Shown piece after piece: positions 51,966-64,000 of a DNA stretch of 64,000 bases (the first letter of the stretch is position 1; each line of letters starts with the position of its first letter). A model generated the notes under the pieces. That model did not search any database, had not been told where the DNA came from, and saw nothing but the letters and a program-made list of their open reading frames with translations. Position numbers and translations under genes: made by a program. The stretch covers positions 2,208,343 to 2,272,342 of the forward strand of contig NC_057760.1 in the NCBI RefSeq assembly GCF_004010195.1. The letters are read 5' to 3'. Source of the DNA: Chiloscyllium plagiosum. Lineage: Eukaryota.

Positions 51966-53639
51966 GAGGAAGCTTACATCCATCTTGTTAATTGTCTATG
52001 CTTCATTCAATCACACCTCGCTCTTCTAAGCTTCACTGGAAACAAGCCCAGTTCATCCAACCTATCCATCATAAGACAACTTTCTCATTTCATGAATCAA
52101 CCTGGTATACCTCCTCTGAACTTCCTCCATCCTTCCTTAAATAGAGAGACCAAATCTGCATGCAATATCCGAGATGTGTTCTCACCAGTACCCGGTACAA
52201 ATGAAGCATAACTTCCTTATTTTAACATTCAAGTAACAAAGGATAGCATTCCATTTGCCTTCTTAATTACTTGCTGTACTTGCACGCGAACTCATATACC
52301 CATCCAAATTCCTCTCAAATGTTGCTGGTACAATTGCAACATTTAAGAGGCATTTGGATGGGTATGTGAATAGGAAGGGTTTGGAGGGATATGGGCCAGG
52401 TGCTGGCAGGTGGGACTAGATTGGGTTGAGATATCTGGTTGGCCTGGACAGGTTGGACTGAAGGGTCTGTTTCCATGTTGTACATCTCTATGACTCTATA
52501 ACTCTTTGGTTTTCACCTTATCCCTCTGCACCTTGCAATACTGCAGTTATTCTCCATTTAAGTCATACTTTGCTTTATTACTCTTCCTCCCAAAATGAAA
52601 TTCACATTGTCCTATATTTTGCTCCATCTGCCAGAATTTTGCCCATTCAACTCAACCTATTTATCCTTCTGATCTTTTTGTAACATATTTTTCCATCCTA
52701 TTGTGTCATCAGCACGCATAGCTACCATGCTTTTGCTCCTCTCATCTAAATCACTGATATAAATTGTAAAAACAAACTGAGTTTGATTAGATGATTTGGA
52801 GATGCCGGTGTTGTACAAAGTTAAAAAGGAACAGCGCTCCGAAAGCTAGTGCTTCCGATTAAACCTGTTGGACTATAACATGGTGTTGTGTGATTTTTAA
52901 CTGATTAGATGAGTTGACCTTACAAAGAGCCAACATGAATCAGAGGGTTTGAATCCTTCTGTTGCAATCATTTTATGATATGGTAGTCTGAATGGGACAA
53001 AGATTCCACGTTCAACTCCTGCTCTTTTCTGCATTATTTAATTTCAGACTGTACACCAGGTTGTTAAAATTGGCCTCAGCATTGCAGAAGGTAGAGGAAA
53101 ACTTACTGGCCTACCAATTAAAAATTGAGTTCACATCCCTTTCTGGAAGAATTAAATTTTTTGTAAGAATATTAAAACACTCTCCATTTATTAAATGCTT
53201 TAATTCAATCTATATGTTTTAAACAAGATATAATATTCAATCATGGCAATTTCTTTCTATGTCACTGCCTTTAATATTGTATTTTTTTAATTAAGAAAAA
53301 CACATTTTGGAATGTCAAAGATTGTTTTTTAACCTTCCAGTGAAATGTCCTGGGACAATGTATTATGTTAAATGCACCGTATAAATAGAAATTCTTGCTG
53401 TTCTAAGTGAGTGACAGACTGCAGCAACAAGAGGGTAATGCCTGTATTAATTTCACCACTTACCTTGTTAAATATACCACAGAATCCTGAATCAACATGG
53501 TATACCTCCTCCAGTGAAAACGAGCAACTGTTGTCAAGTAGGAAGTTAGCTTGTTTATTTATACATTTTTTTTGCTGATTATATTGAGAGTTGCTGTTGC
53601 TGGGAAACAAAATTCCTTCCCAGTAAAATCATCATGCAC

Positions 53640-54860
53640 TCCTAGAGTAAAGCTCTCTCTACACTGTCCTGGTCAAACACTGCCAGGACAGGTACAGCAC
53701 TGGGTTACATATAAAGTTCCACCCTGCCCGCCCCCCAATCAAACTCCCAGGATAGGGACAGCACTGGGTTACATAGAGTGTAAGAGATTCATCCACACTG
53801 GTCCTCCCCACCCCCCCAAATCAAACACTGCCAGGACAGGTAAAGTAAAAAAAACCCCAGGAAAACCCACTGAGATTGGGTTGAATCATCATCTTCATTG
53901 TCCCCAGTGGTTGTGGAGATTCCACCATCGAGAATGTTGAAGACTGAATTCGACAGATTTCTATAAAAGATGAAATGTACAGGAGATTGTGCACAAATAT
54001 TGCTGAAATTTAGGTTAAAAAAAAAATGGGTGGCCCGGTGGCTCAGTGGTTAGCACTGCAGCCTCACAGCACCAGGATCCCAGGATCGATTCCAGCCTCG
54101 GGCGACTGTCTGTGTGGAGATTGCACATTCTTCCAGGTGCTCCGGTTTCCTCCCACAGTCTAAAGATGTGCGGGTCAGGTGAATTGGCCATGCTAAATTG
54201 CCTATAGTGTTAGGTGCATTAGTCAGAGGGAAATGGGTCTGGGTAGGTTACTCTTCGGAGGGTCGGTGTGCACTGGTTGGGCCGAAGGGCCTGTTTCCAC
54301 ACTGTAGAGAATCTAATCAAATCACAGTGTTCCTTCTCCCAATATAGGGACAGCACTGGGTTACATATAGAATAAAGATCTGTCCACACTGGTCCCCGCG
54401 CCCCTCCCCCCTCAAATCAAACGTGCCAGGACAGGTACAGCACAGCATTACATATAAAGTTAAGCTCCAACCACAGTGTTCCCTCTCCCTCCTCCATCAA
54501 ATACTCCAAGGTAGGGACAGCACTGGGTTACATGTAGAGTCAAGATCCGTCCACACTGTTTCCCCCCCCCCCACCAACCTCAAATCAAACACTCCCAGGA
54601 CAGGTACAGCACTGGGTTACATACAGAATAAAGCTCTGCCTACACTTTTAAACTAAAAATAATGTTCCCTCATCAGACACTCAAAATACAGCTACAGCAC
54701 TGGGTTAGATTGAAACTCCCTCTACACTGTCCCTGTCAAACACTCCCTTCACATTGTTCCATTTAACACTCCCAGGATCGGTGCAGCAGTACTTGATATT
54801 GAGTAAGAACTTTCTATACTGTCTCCATCAAACAATCCCAGGCCAGTACAGTACAAGTTA
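53640..54860 (-). repeat. Same ~65-bp minisatellite family, reverse orientation, interrupted by a SINE
   Basis: Repeated caaacactcccaggacaggtacagcactgggttacata. Confidence 0.7.
54027..54322 (+). mobile_element. HE1/V-SINE
   Basis: Typical head and body. Confidence 0.8.
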
Positions 54861-55489
54861 AAACATTAAGATCCCTTCACTCATTTCACACAACGTGTCT
54901 GAACCGATTGTCAAAATGCACCTTTTCCCCACTTTCCACTTTGCCTCTTGGATAAATTTAGTGAAAACAAAGGACTTCGGTCCAGGGTCCTGTAGATTCA
55001 TTCCACACTCAGTCAACACAAGAAGAGTTTTGTCCTAGCATTCTGGGTCGAATTTGAAACCAAGTCCTAGGAATGAATTGCGAGTATGTACCAACCATGC
55101 CCCCCCCACCTCATTTCTAATTTGATTCCAACATCTTTGTCCCATTACGTCAGCACTGGTTCTCTCTGGGTTCCAGCTAGTTTTGTGATTCTATTATTTC
55201 TTCTTCCATTATTTTATCAAAAGATCAGATCCCTGGAGTCCTCCCTCTGCACACCTCTGCTGGTTTGAAGGCCCAAGGTATAGTGTGCAACCTGTGGCTA
55301 CACTGTCTCTTCTCGTACCTGTAGGTTGGTTTGAAAGCTGTCTTTCATGCATATGACAAGTGCTTTGTGCAATATCTGGCTTCAACCTATCCTCCCAAAT
55401 CTTCCTCTATCTCTCTGTCCTCTTTGTTTGTCAATCGGTGTTGATTGGGAGGCCACGTACACTGTTGTACAGATTGGCAGTTGCACAAA

Positions 55490-55768
<279 letters not shown>

Positions 55769-56428
55769 TCAAACCATTCAATAAAATCACGGCCGATCTG
55801 ATTATGACCATAACTCGACTTTCCTGCCTGTCCCCCTCTTGCAGATCAAAAACCGGTTTAACTCAGATTTGAATATAATTTCATTGCTTTCTGTGGAATT
55901 GTAAAATAAAACCATCAAAGAGGCATTTATATCTCAACTCTGGCTTAAATGGGAGACCCCTTATTTTTAAGCTGTGCCCCCCCCCCCCAGGTTTAGATTC
56001 CACCATGAGTGGAAGTATCTTCTCAGCATTTAGGTTGTCAAGCAGCCCTCAGAAGATAGTGGTGAGCTGCCTTCTTGAACTGCTGCAGTCCACACAGTGT
56101 AGTGACACTCACAAGGCATTTTGAAAGGGAGTTCTAGAGTTCCGACCCAGCAACACTGCAAGACTGGTGAGATAGTTCCAAGGTGTGTGGCTTTAAGGTG
56201 GACTTGCGGGTAGTGGTGTTCTCATGTCTCTGTTGGTCTTGTCCTTCTAGCTGAAAGAGATTGGAGATTTGGAAGGCGCTGTCCAATGAGTCTTGGTGAG
56301 TTGTTGCAATGCATCACATGGTACACATTGTTGCCACTGTATGTCATCGAGCCATAGAGATGTACAACATGGAAACAGACCCTTCGGTCCAACCCGTCCA
56401 TGCCGACCAGATATCCCAACCCAATCTA

Positions 56429-56665
56429 NNNNNNNNNNNNNNNNNNNNNNNNNNNNNNNNNNNNNNNNNNNNNNNNNNNNNNNNNNNNNNNNNNNNNNNN
56501 NNNNNNNNNNNNNNNNNNNNNNNNNNNNNNNNNNNNNNNNNNNNNNNNNNNNNNNNNNNNNNNNNNNNNNNNNNNNNNNNNNNNNNNNNNNNNNNNNNNN
56601 NNNNNNNNNNNNNNNNNNNNNNNNNNNNNNNNNNNNNNNNNNNNNNNNNNNNNNNNNNNNNNNNN
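56429..56665. other. Assembly gap (237 N)
   Basis: N run. Confidence 1.
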
Positions 56666-57245
56666 ATGAAGTGATTGCTGGGCCTCTTGCTGAGATATTT
56701 GTATCATCGATAGTCACAGGTGAAGTGCCGGAAAACTGGAGGTTGGCTAACGTAATGCCAGTGTTTAAGAATGGTGGTAAGGACAAGCCATTGAACTATA
56801 GACCAGTGAGCCTGACGTCGGTGGTGGGCAAGTTGTTGGAGGGAATCCTGAAGGACAGGATGTACGTGTATTGGGAAAGGCAAGGACGGATTAGGGATAG
56901 TCAGCATGGCTTTGTGTGTGGGAAATCATGTCTCACAAACTTGATTGAGTTTTTTGAAGAAATAACAAAGAGGATTGATGAGGGCAGAGTGGTAGATGTG
57001 ATCTATATGAACTTTAGTAAGGCATTCGACAAGGTTCCCCATGGGAGACTGGTTAGCAAGGTTAGATCTCATGGAATACAGGGAGAGCTAAGCCATTTGA
57101 ATACAGAACTGGCTCAAAGGTAGAAGACAGAGGGTGGTGGTGGAGGGTTGTTTTTTTAGACATTAGGCCTGTGACCAGTCGAGTGCCACAAGGATCGGTG
57201 CTGGGTCCTCTACGTTTTGTCATTTACATAAATGATTTGGATGTA
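56666..57245 (+). mobile_element. CR1 ORF2 RT fragment
   Basis: NWRLANVMPVFKNG...NYRPVSLTSVVGKLLE...QHGF...FSKAFDKVPH. Confidence 0.9.
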
Positions 57246-59079
57246 TGTCCACTTTGGTGGAAATTAATTTATCAAGGTGGTGGATGTTCTGTCAATCAAG
57301 CAGGCTGTTTATCCTCCATTGTATAGTATCAAGCTTCTTGAGTGCTGATGGAGTATTCCATAAGACCATAAGACATAGGAGTGGAAGTAAGGCCATTCGG
57401 CCCATCGAGTCCACTCTGCCAATCAATCATGGCTGATGGGCATTTCAACTCCACTTACCCGCATTCTCCCCATATTCCATTACATTCCCGACTTGTGCTT
57501 CACCAATCATTGACAGGCTTTGGTTGGTCAGGTGGTGAATTACTCACTTTTGGATTTCTAGTCTTTGACATGGTTTTGTAGCCACAGCATTGATGTAATC
57601 CAGTTCAGTTTCTGGACAATGGTAACCCCCAAGGGATCAAGCTATTGGTAATCGCATTGAATGTCAAAAGGTGAGGGTGAGATTGTTTCTTTTTGGAGAT
57701 TGTCATTGCCTGGAATTCATGTGGCATCAATTTTCCTACTTCTAGGCCAAAGCTGCCATTGTAACACCCAAACGTTGAGATCAGCTGTAAGTCTCTGAGA
57801 CCTTTGATGGACACACTTAGTACCGTATTGGGTAGTGCTCTAAAGTACTGACTAAAGGTTGGACTATTCATTTACAACCATGATGAACACCATTAATTTG
57901 TTGGCACTGAACAAGTTCTGTCTGAGTGAGATGGATGTCTGGGATTTTTGTTGCCAAAATAGGATCACTTCTAGTGATTCTGATCGTCTTTGCATTAAAA
58001 CAAAATAATCTTGTTCAAATCTCAGATTCTTTATTGGTGGGAGACCCTAATCACAGGCCAAGCATTTTCTAATACTTGAGATGACTTGTGACGGCTTCAT
58101 ATGGCATGTATATAGTCATTTAAAAAGGCAATGGATTCCTTTGTTACAGCCAGACACATGAAATGGAAAAGTGAAGAGGTAATGTTAACATCATACAGGA
58201 CCTCACATTCCTAAGGAACTTGTATTCTGTACATTTCGTCATATCGAGTTCATGGAAACAATGAAAAATTAGTAACATCGATTCAATGGGATGTTACAAG
58301 TGAAAGGGTGCATTCAGTCACAAAGTAAGTTTACAAGGTTTAGTCATTTAGTAGGTAACATAATAGACTAGCATCAAGTGGTCCTCACTAATAACTTAGG
58401 GAAAATGTAGAAATAGGAGTCTGAGTCCATTAAGTGCCAAGGAAGTGATTGGATTGTCACGAAGCACTGATTCGCTCATCCTTCAGAGAAGAAGACCTGC
58501 TATCTCTGCCTATAATGTGGCTCTAGTCCCCACCCCAGTATGGTCAATTCTTAGCTGCTCCCTGAAATGTTCTAGTGAAGCATGCAGTTCGACCAAACCT
58601 CTCACCTTGACCATATAGACTGAAATAATTCAAAAAGGTCCAGCAGAAAAATAGAGGCCGGCATTAATTGCCAGGCTCACCAGTAGCACTCCTGTTCTGA
58701 GAATTAATTTGAAGAAAAAAATTAAGATATTAGGCAGTTCACGTGAGCAAAATTGCACTGGAAAGGCTAAATGGGAGTCAGTTCTGAAAGGTAGCAAAAC
58801 TGCAGGACTGATCAGATTTTCTGCAACATCTACCCTGACTTACACGTTGGTCAGTGAGGAAGCTTTCACCCTATCCCTTGATTTTACAACCATATCCCTT
58901 CGTAACTAAATAAAACAAAGAACGGCAGATGCTGGAGTACTGAAACAAACAAAAGCAGGTTTGAACAATGGTCACTGGACTCGAAATACTGTTTTCTCTT
59001 CACAGATGCTGCCCGACCTACCAAGTTTCCCCAGTAATTTATGTTTTTGTTTTCCTCAGTAACTACCCCTGGATCAACA

Positions 59080-61170
59080 CCATAAGACCATAGACAATAA
59101 GATATAGGAGCAGATCGAGTCAGTTCCACCATTCAAGCATGGCTGAAATGTTTCTTAACACCATGCTCCTGCCTTCTCCTCATTGACTCTGTCCAGGCTT
59201 CTCAGTATTCCAGAAATTTCCATGAAGTTTCCCCTCATCCTTCTAAACTCCATACAGTATAGACCTAGAGTCCTCAACCGCTCCTCATGTGACAAGACCT
59301 TCATCCACAGAATCATTCCTGTAAACCTCCTCTGGACCCTCTCAAAGGCCAGCACATCCTTCCTTAGATATGGGGCCCAAACCTGCTCACAGTATTCCAA
59401 ATGAGGCCTGACCAGAGCCTTATACAGCCTCAGCCATGTATCTCTGCTCTTGTATTCTAGCCCTCTTGAAATCAATGCTAACACTGCATTCACCTTAATA
59501 ACATGCCTAATGAACTCACATCTCAAAGAATCTCAAATTCAGACTCCTAAGTCCTTTTGTGCTTCAGATTTCCAAAACCTTTTCCCGTTTAGAAAATAGT
59601 CTTCACCTCTATTCTTCCTTACCAAAGTGCATAACCTCACACTTTCTCATATTGTATTCCATCTGCTGCATCTTTGCCCACTCTCCCAGCCCGTCCAAAT
59701 CCTTCTGCAACTTCTGTGCTTCCTCAACACTACCTGCTCCTCCATCTATCTTTGTGTCATCTGCAAACTTAGCCAGTTTCTTAGTTCAGATCATTAATGT
59801 ATAACACACAAAGTTGAGGTCCCAACACTTATCCAGGCAGAACTCCACAAGTCACAGACTACTATCCTGAAAGAGAACCCTTTATCCCTACTCACTGCCT
59901 TCTGCTAGTCAGCCAATCCTCCATATATGCCATTACATTGCCCCTAATACCATGGATTCATCTTATTTAGCAGCGCCCTGTGCAGTACCTTGTCAAAGGC
60001 TTTCTGGAATCCAAATAGATCATGTCCACTGGTTTGCCTTTGTTTAATTTGCTCATTACTTCCTCAAAGAATTCTAACAGATTGTCAGGCATGACCTCCC
60101 CTCAATGAACCATGCTGACTCAGCCCTATATTACCATGCACTTACAAGTACTCCGCAATCTCGTATTTAATAATGGACACTAAAATCTTATCAACAACTG
60201 AGGACATGCTAACTGGCCTGTATGTAGTTTCTTGGTTTCTGCTTCCCTCCCTTCTTAAACAGGGGTCAGCCATTTTCCAGCCACTAGGGGCCCTTTCTGA
60301 CTTTAAATGATTCCTGGAAGATCACCACCAATGCCTCCACAACCTCCTCAGCTATCTCTGGGGTGTAGTCCATCTGGTCAGGGTGCTTTATCCAGACCTT
60401 TCAGCTTCCCCAGCACTTCCTCTTTAGTGACGACCACTACACTTACCTCTGCCCCTAACTTTCTTGAAGTTCTGGTATGCTGCTGGTGGTCGTGCACTGT
60501 GAAAACTGATGCAAAGTACCTGTACAGTTCCTCTGCTATTTCTTTGTTCCCCAATACCACTTCTCTAGCTTCATTTTTCAGCATTCCAATGTTTGCTTTT
60601 CCCTCTCTCTTATATATCTAAAAATCTTCTTTTATTTTGTTTGCTAGCTTATCCTCATATTTCATCTTCTCCCACCTTAGTACGTTTTTTGGTTATCCTC
60701 TGCTAGTTTTCAAAGACTTCCCAATCCTCTGGTTTCCCACTAATCTTCACCACATTGTATGTATTTTCTTTTGTTTTTGTGCTGTCCCTGACATCCCTTG
60801 TCAGCCACGGTTGCCTCATCCTCCCCTTAGTACATTTTTTCTTCCTTCGGATGATTGTCTGCTGTGTCCTCCAAACTACTCCCAGTAACCCCTGCCATTG
60901 CTGCTCAACCATCTTCCCTGCTAGACTCCCCCTCCAATTAACTCTGGCCAGCTCCTCCCTCATGTCGTTGTAGTTACCTTTACTCAGTTGTAACATGGTT
61001 ACATTTGATTCCAGCTTCTCCCTCTTAAACTGCAGGGTGAATTGTTTCATATTAAAGTCACTGCCTCCAGCGGTTCCTTCACCTTGAGCTGCCTAATCAA
61101 GTCTGACTCATTACACACTATCAAATCCAGAATTGCCTGTTCCCTAGTGGGCTCTACCACAAAGTGCTCT
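59080..61170 (-). mobile_element. CR1 ORF2, ~2 kb degraded fragment
   Basis: PTREQAILDLIVCNE, YFASVFT and LYKALVRPHLEYCEQVWAPYLRKD motifs. Confidence 0.9.
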
Positions 61171-61888
61171 ACAAATGTCCTTCCACTAGCACTGACTTCA
61201 ACATTCCTCTGACCCTGGTGTGCCATCAATCTCCGACCCTAATCGCACCATCTTTATTGGTGTCCTAATCTTTCATCAAAACCACCCTGCCCCTAACCAC
61301 GCATCATTTCATTGTTTCTGATTCTCTGCCCCTCACATCTAACCCTGTTCCATGCATGCCACTTGTCTGATTTGGGACTTGGACAATGATGTGAACACCT
61401 GTCTGCTTAATGGCTTGCTCAGAATCCCAGAGTGTCCTACTTCACCATTGATCCTGGGAACGCGAAAGAAATGCCTCCAAATCGCCCTGACATTTAACGT
61501 TAAAGAGCAGGAAGAGTTTCCTACCAATCATTCAGAATAGAAACAATATATTCATTAAGTTGCATCACAATACTTTAATGATGAGTTGGCATGGCAACAG
61601 AGATGAAACAAATGCAGCATTCTGAATCTCACTTCCTCATTGAATATCCTGCCCCATGTACCCAAACATCTGTGGATCAAGGATTAGCTCTGTTCAGTCA
61701 CCTGAAAAGCTATGGTAGAAACTTGTAACCCTGCATAGACATCATCCACAAATCGAAGAGCAGCCAGTCACAAGCACACGTGTCCAGCCTCAGGAATGAG
61801 CAAACTCTGTTTAACTGCTGTTGGAACAAATTTCAAGTTACAAACTGATGCCCTGCACAGTTTTCTGAAGCCCCCCCCTGAACACTTA

Positions 61889-62038
<150 letters not shown>

Positions 62039-62299
62039 CTATGTGAAGTCTCAAGGCTCATAGCAGTGGAGAAAATACATAGTATATCAAGAAGTGATGA
62101 CTAGTTTACACTACTCTGGGGCCTTAAAGCTATGTTAATTGGAGGCAGAACCAAGGAAAGGAAAGGGATTGCACAGTTTGAAGTCAGAAAAGGAATGAGT
62201 TACAGTTGGGTATGGCACAACAATTTTATATTTCAGCACAGCGAGGATGAAGGAAAAAGGAAGAAAAATGTGTAGAATGAGTGCAGTTGTGGTCACTTA

Positions 62300-62518
<219 letters not shown>

Positions 62519-62621
62519 TTATTTCCATATCTGCTTTAGTATACAAATGTGTCTTTGCAGAACAGTAGACCACATCCTTTTAGTTTTAGTTCATTTTTCA
62601 TATGCTGATATCCTGATCTGA

Positions 62622-62838
62622 GAGGTGAAAGTGAGTACTGCAGATGCTGGAGATTAGAGCGGTGCAGGAAAAGCACAGCAGGTCAGGCAGCATCCAAGGA
62701 GCAGGAAAATCGACGTTTCAGGCAAACACCCTTCATCATGAATAAGGGCTGATGATGGGCTTATGCTTGAAATGTCGAATTTCCTGCTCCTTGGATGCTG
62801 CCTGACCTGCTGTGCTTTTCCAGCACCGCTCTAATCTT
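62622..62838. mobile_element. Inverted pair of PLE tails in an SHE intron
   Basis: Long palindrome with two degenerate hammerhead cores. The sequence tcctgatctgaga occurs on both sides (TSD-like). Confidence 0.6.
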
Positions 62839-63189
62839 GGGTCCTGATCTGAGAGCCCTCTCGTGCTTCACCTGATTCTTTCAAATGTGAATTTTTACAG
62901 GTTACTTGACCTAGAGTCATGTTGCTAGATTTGATGCTCCCCTGCCAATTGAAGACAGGTTTGAAGGCAGGAGGCATATATCAAACCTAATAGATAATCT
63001 CCTTCCTGTCACCTATCCCGATCTGTCTGAAATTATGCAGCAGGTGGGAGAGATGGTGGGTAGCCCTTGGGTCTACTGAGTCCCTTAAGTGGACACTTGT
63101 ACCCACGGCTAGAGAAACCCATTCCCTGAAGGAAGTACAACAGTTTGAGCTGTTTCGACTGGTGCCAGGCAATACTGGCGGAAGACTAA

Positions 63190-63650
63190 ATATAAACAGA
63201 AAGAACTGTGGATGCTGTAAATCAGAAACAAACCAGAAATTGCTGGAAAGGCTCAGCAGGCCTGGCAGTATCTATAAAGAGAAATCAGAGTTAACATTTC
63301 AGGTCCAGTGACCCTTCCTCAGAACTGATGGTAGCTAGGAAAATGTCAGTCTGTATGCAGAAGATAGGATAGGTGGGGATAGAGCCCAAAGAGAGAGAAA
63401 ATCAGTTGGATAATGATCTGGCTGGGGGAGTGAATAGCTATTAATGGAGATATTAATGGCTAACAATAGGCAGTGTGTACTGGCAGACTGTGTGATAACA
63501 AGGCCTGGTGTGTGGGGTTGGGGGCTAGGACATGGGAGAATTCAGGCCCTAAAATTATTGAACTCGATATTGAGTCCAGAGGGTTGCAGGCTGCCCAAGC
63601 GGAGAATGAGATGTTGTTCTTCCAGCCTTCGCTGAGCTTTGCTGGAACGT
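63190..63650 (-). mobile_element. Penelope-like element 3' end
   Basis: Minus-strand translation KAQRRLEEQHLILRLGSLQPSGLNIEFNNFRA-stop (63542) resembles the PLE GIY-YIG C-terminus. Followed by a tail with a hammerhead motif. Confidence 0.75.
63289..63326 (-). ncRNA. Minimal type I hammerhead ribozyme motif (PLE-associated)
   Basis: AGTT-CTGAGGA-A-GGGTC(ACTG)GACCT-GAAA-TG-TT^AACT. Stems I and II pair; the core is CUGANGA/GAAA/UH. Confidence 0.65.
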
Positions 63651-64000
63651 TGTGTTGGAAACACATTTACTTTCCACAAGTGCCCATTCAATTATTGATT
63701 TTCACAATCCCTGTAAAGTGGAAATGTCCAAGTCACTATCATTTCCTGCATAAAAAACATTCTTGCTCACAATCCTCCAGCAGCTTGTCTAAAACTTAAA
63801 CCCATGGTGCCCAGTGCTTGTATGAACAGCAAATGGAAATAGATGTTCCTGGTTACCTTATGAAACCTGTCATTGTCCTGTAGACCTCCATCAAGTCAAA
63901 TCTCTTCTCAATCTCTTTTGGTCTGAACAGAACAATCTCACTTTCTCTATTCCCACCTTGTTCTGTTTGGACTTGATAGGCCAAATAGCCTTCTTTTGTG

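Noticed and set aside
62987..63172. Possible further SHE exon
   Set aside because: No SHE-like peptide or convincing splice sites; upstream exons probably lie beyond the window.

Overview
Vertebrate genomic DNA. The HE1/V-SINE, CR1 and Penelope-type repeats point to a shark (inference). Two minus-strand genes are present. ZNF687 has its large first coding exon at 3206-5338 and the next exon at 727-905, and is probably driven from a CpG/CCAAT-rich promoter at ~36.7-37.2 kb. SHE contributes its last three coding exons, including the SH2 domain, at 62463-55490. Between them lies a degraded ~7 kb endogenous retrovirus (40452-47504, minus strand) with two LTRs, a tRNA-Ser primer binding site (PBS), gag with two CCHC knuckles, and PR-RT-tether-RNaseH-IN but no env. 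It is inserted into a hammerhead-bearing repeat. An 8.3 kb perfect (AGCGCGAGGGAG)n array sits in the putative first intron of ZNF687 and is suspect as an assembly artefact. Many Penelope-like element tails carry minimal hammerhead ribozyme motifs, often as inverted pairs. The rest is CR1/Rex LINE fragments, SINEs, minisatellites and two N-gaps. All calls are by eye; repeat boundaries are approximate.
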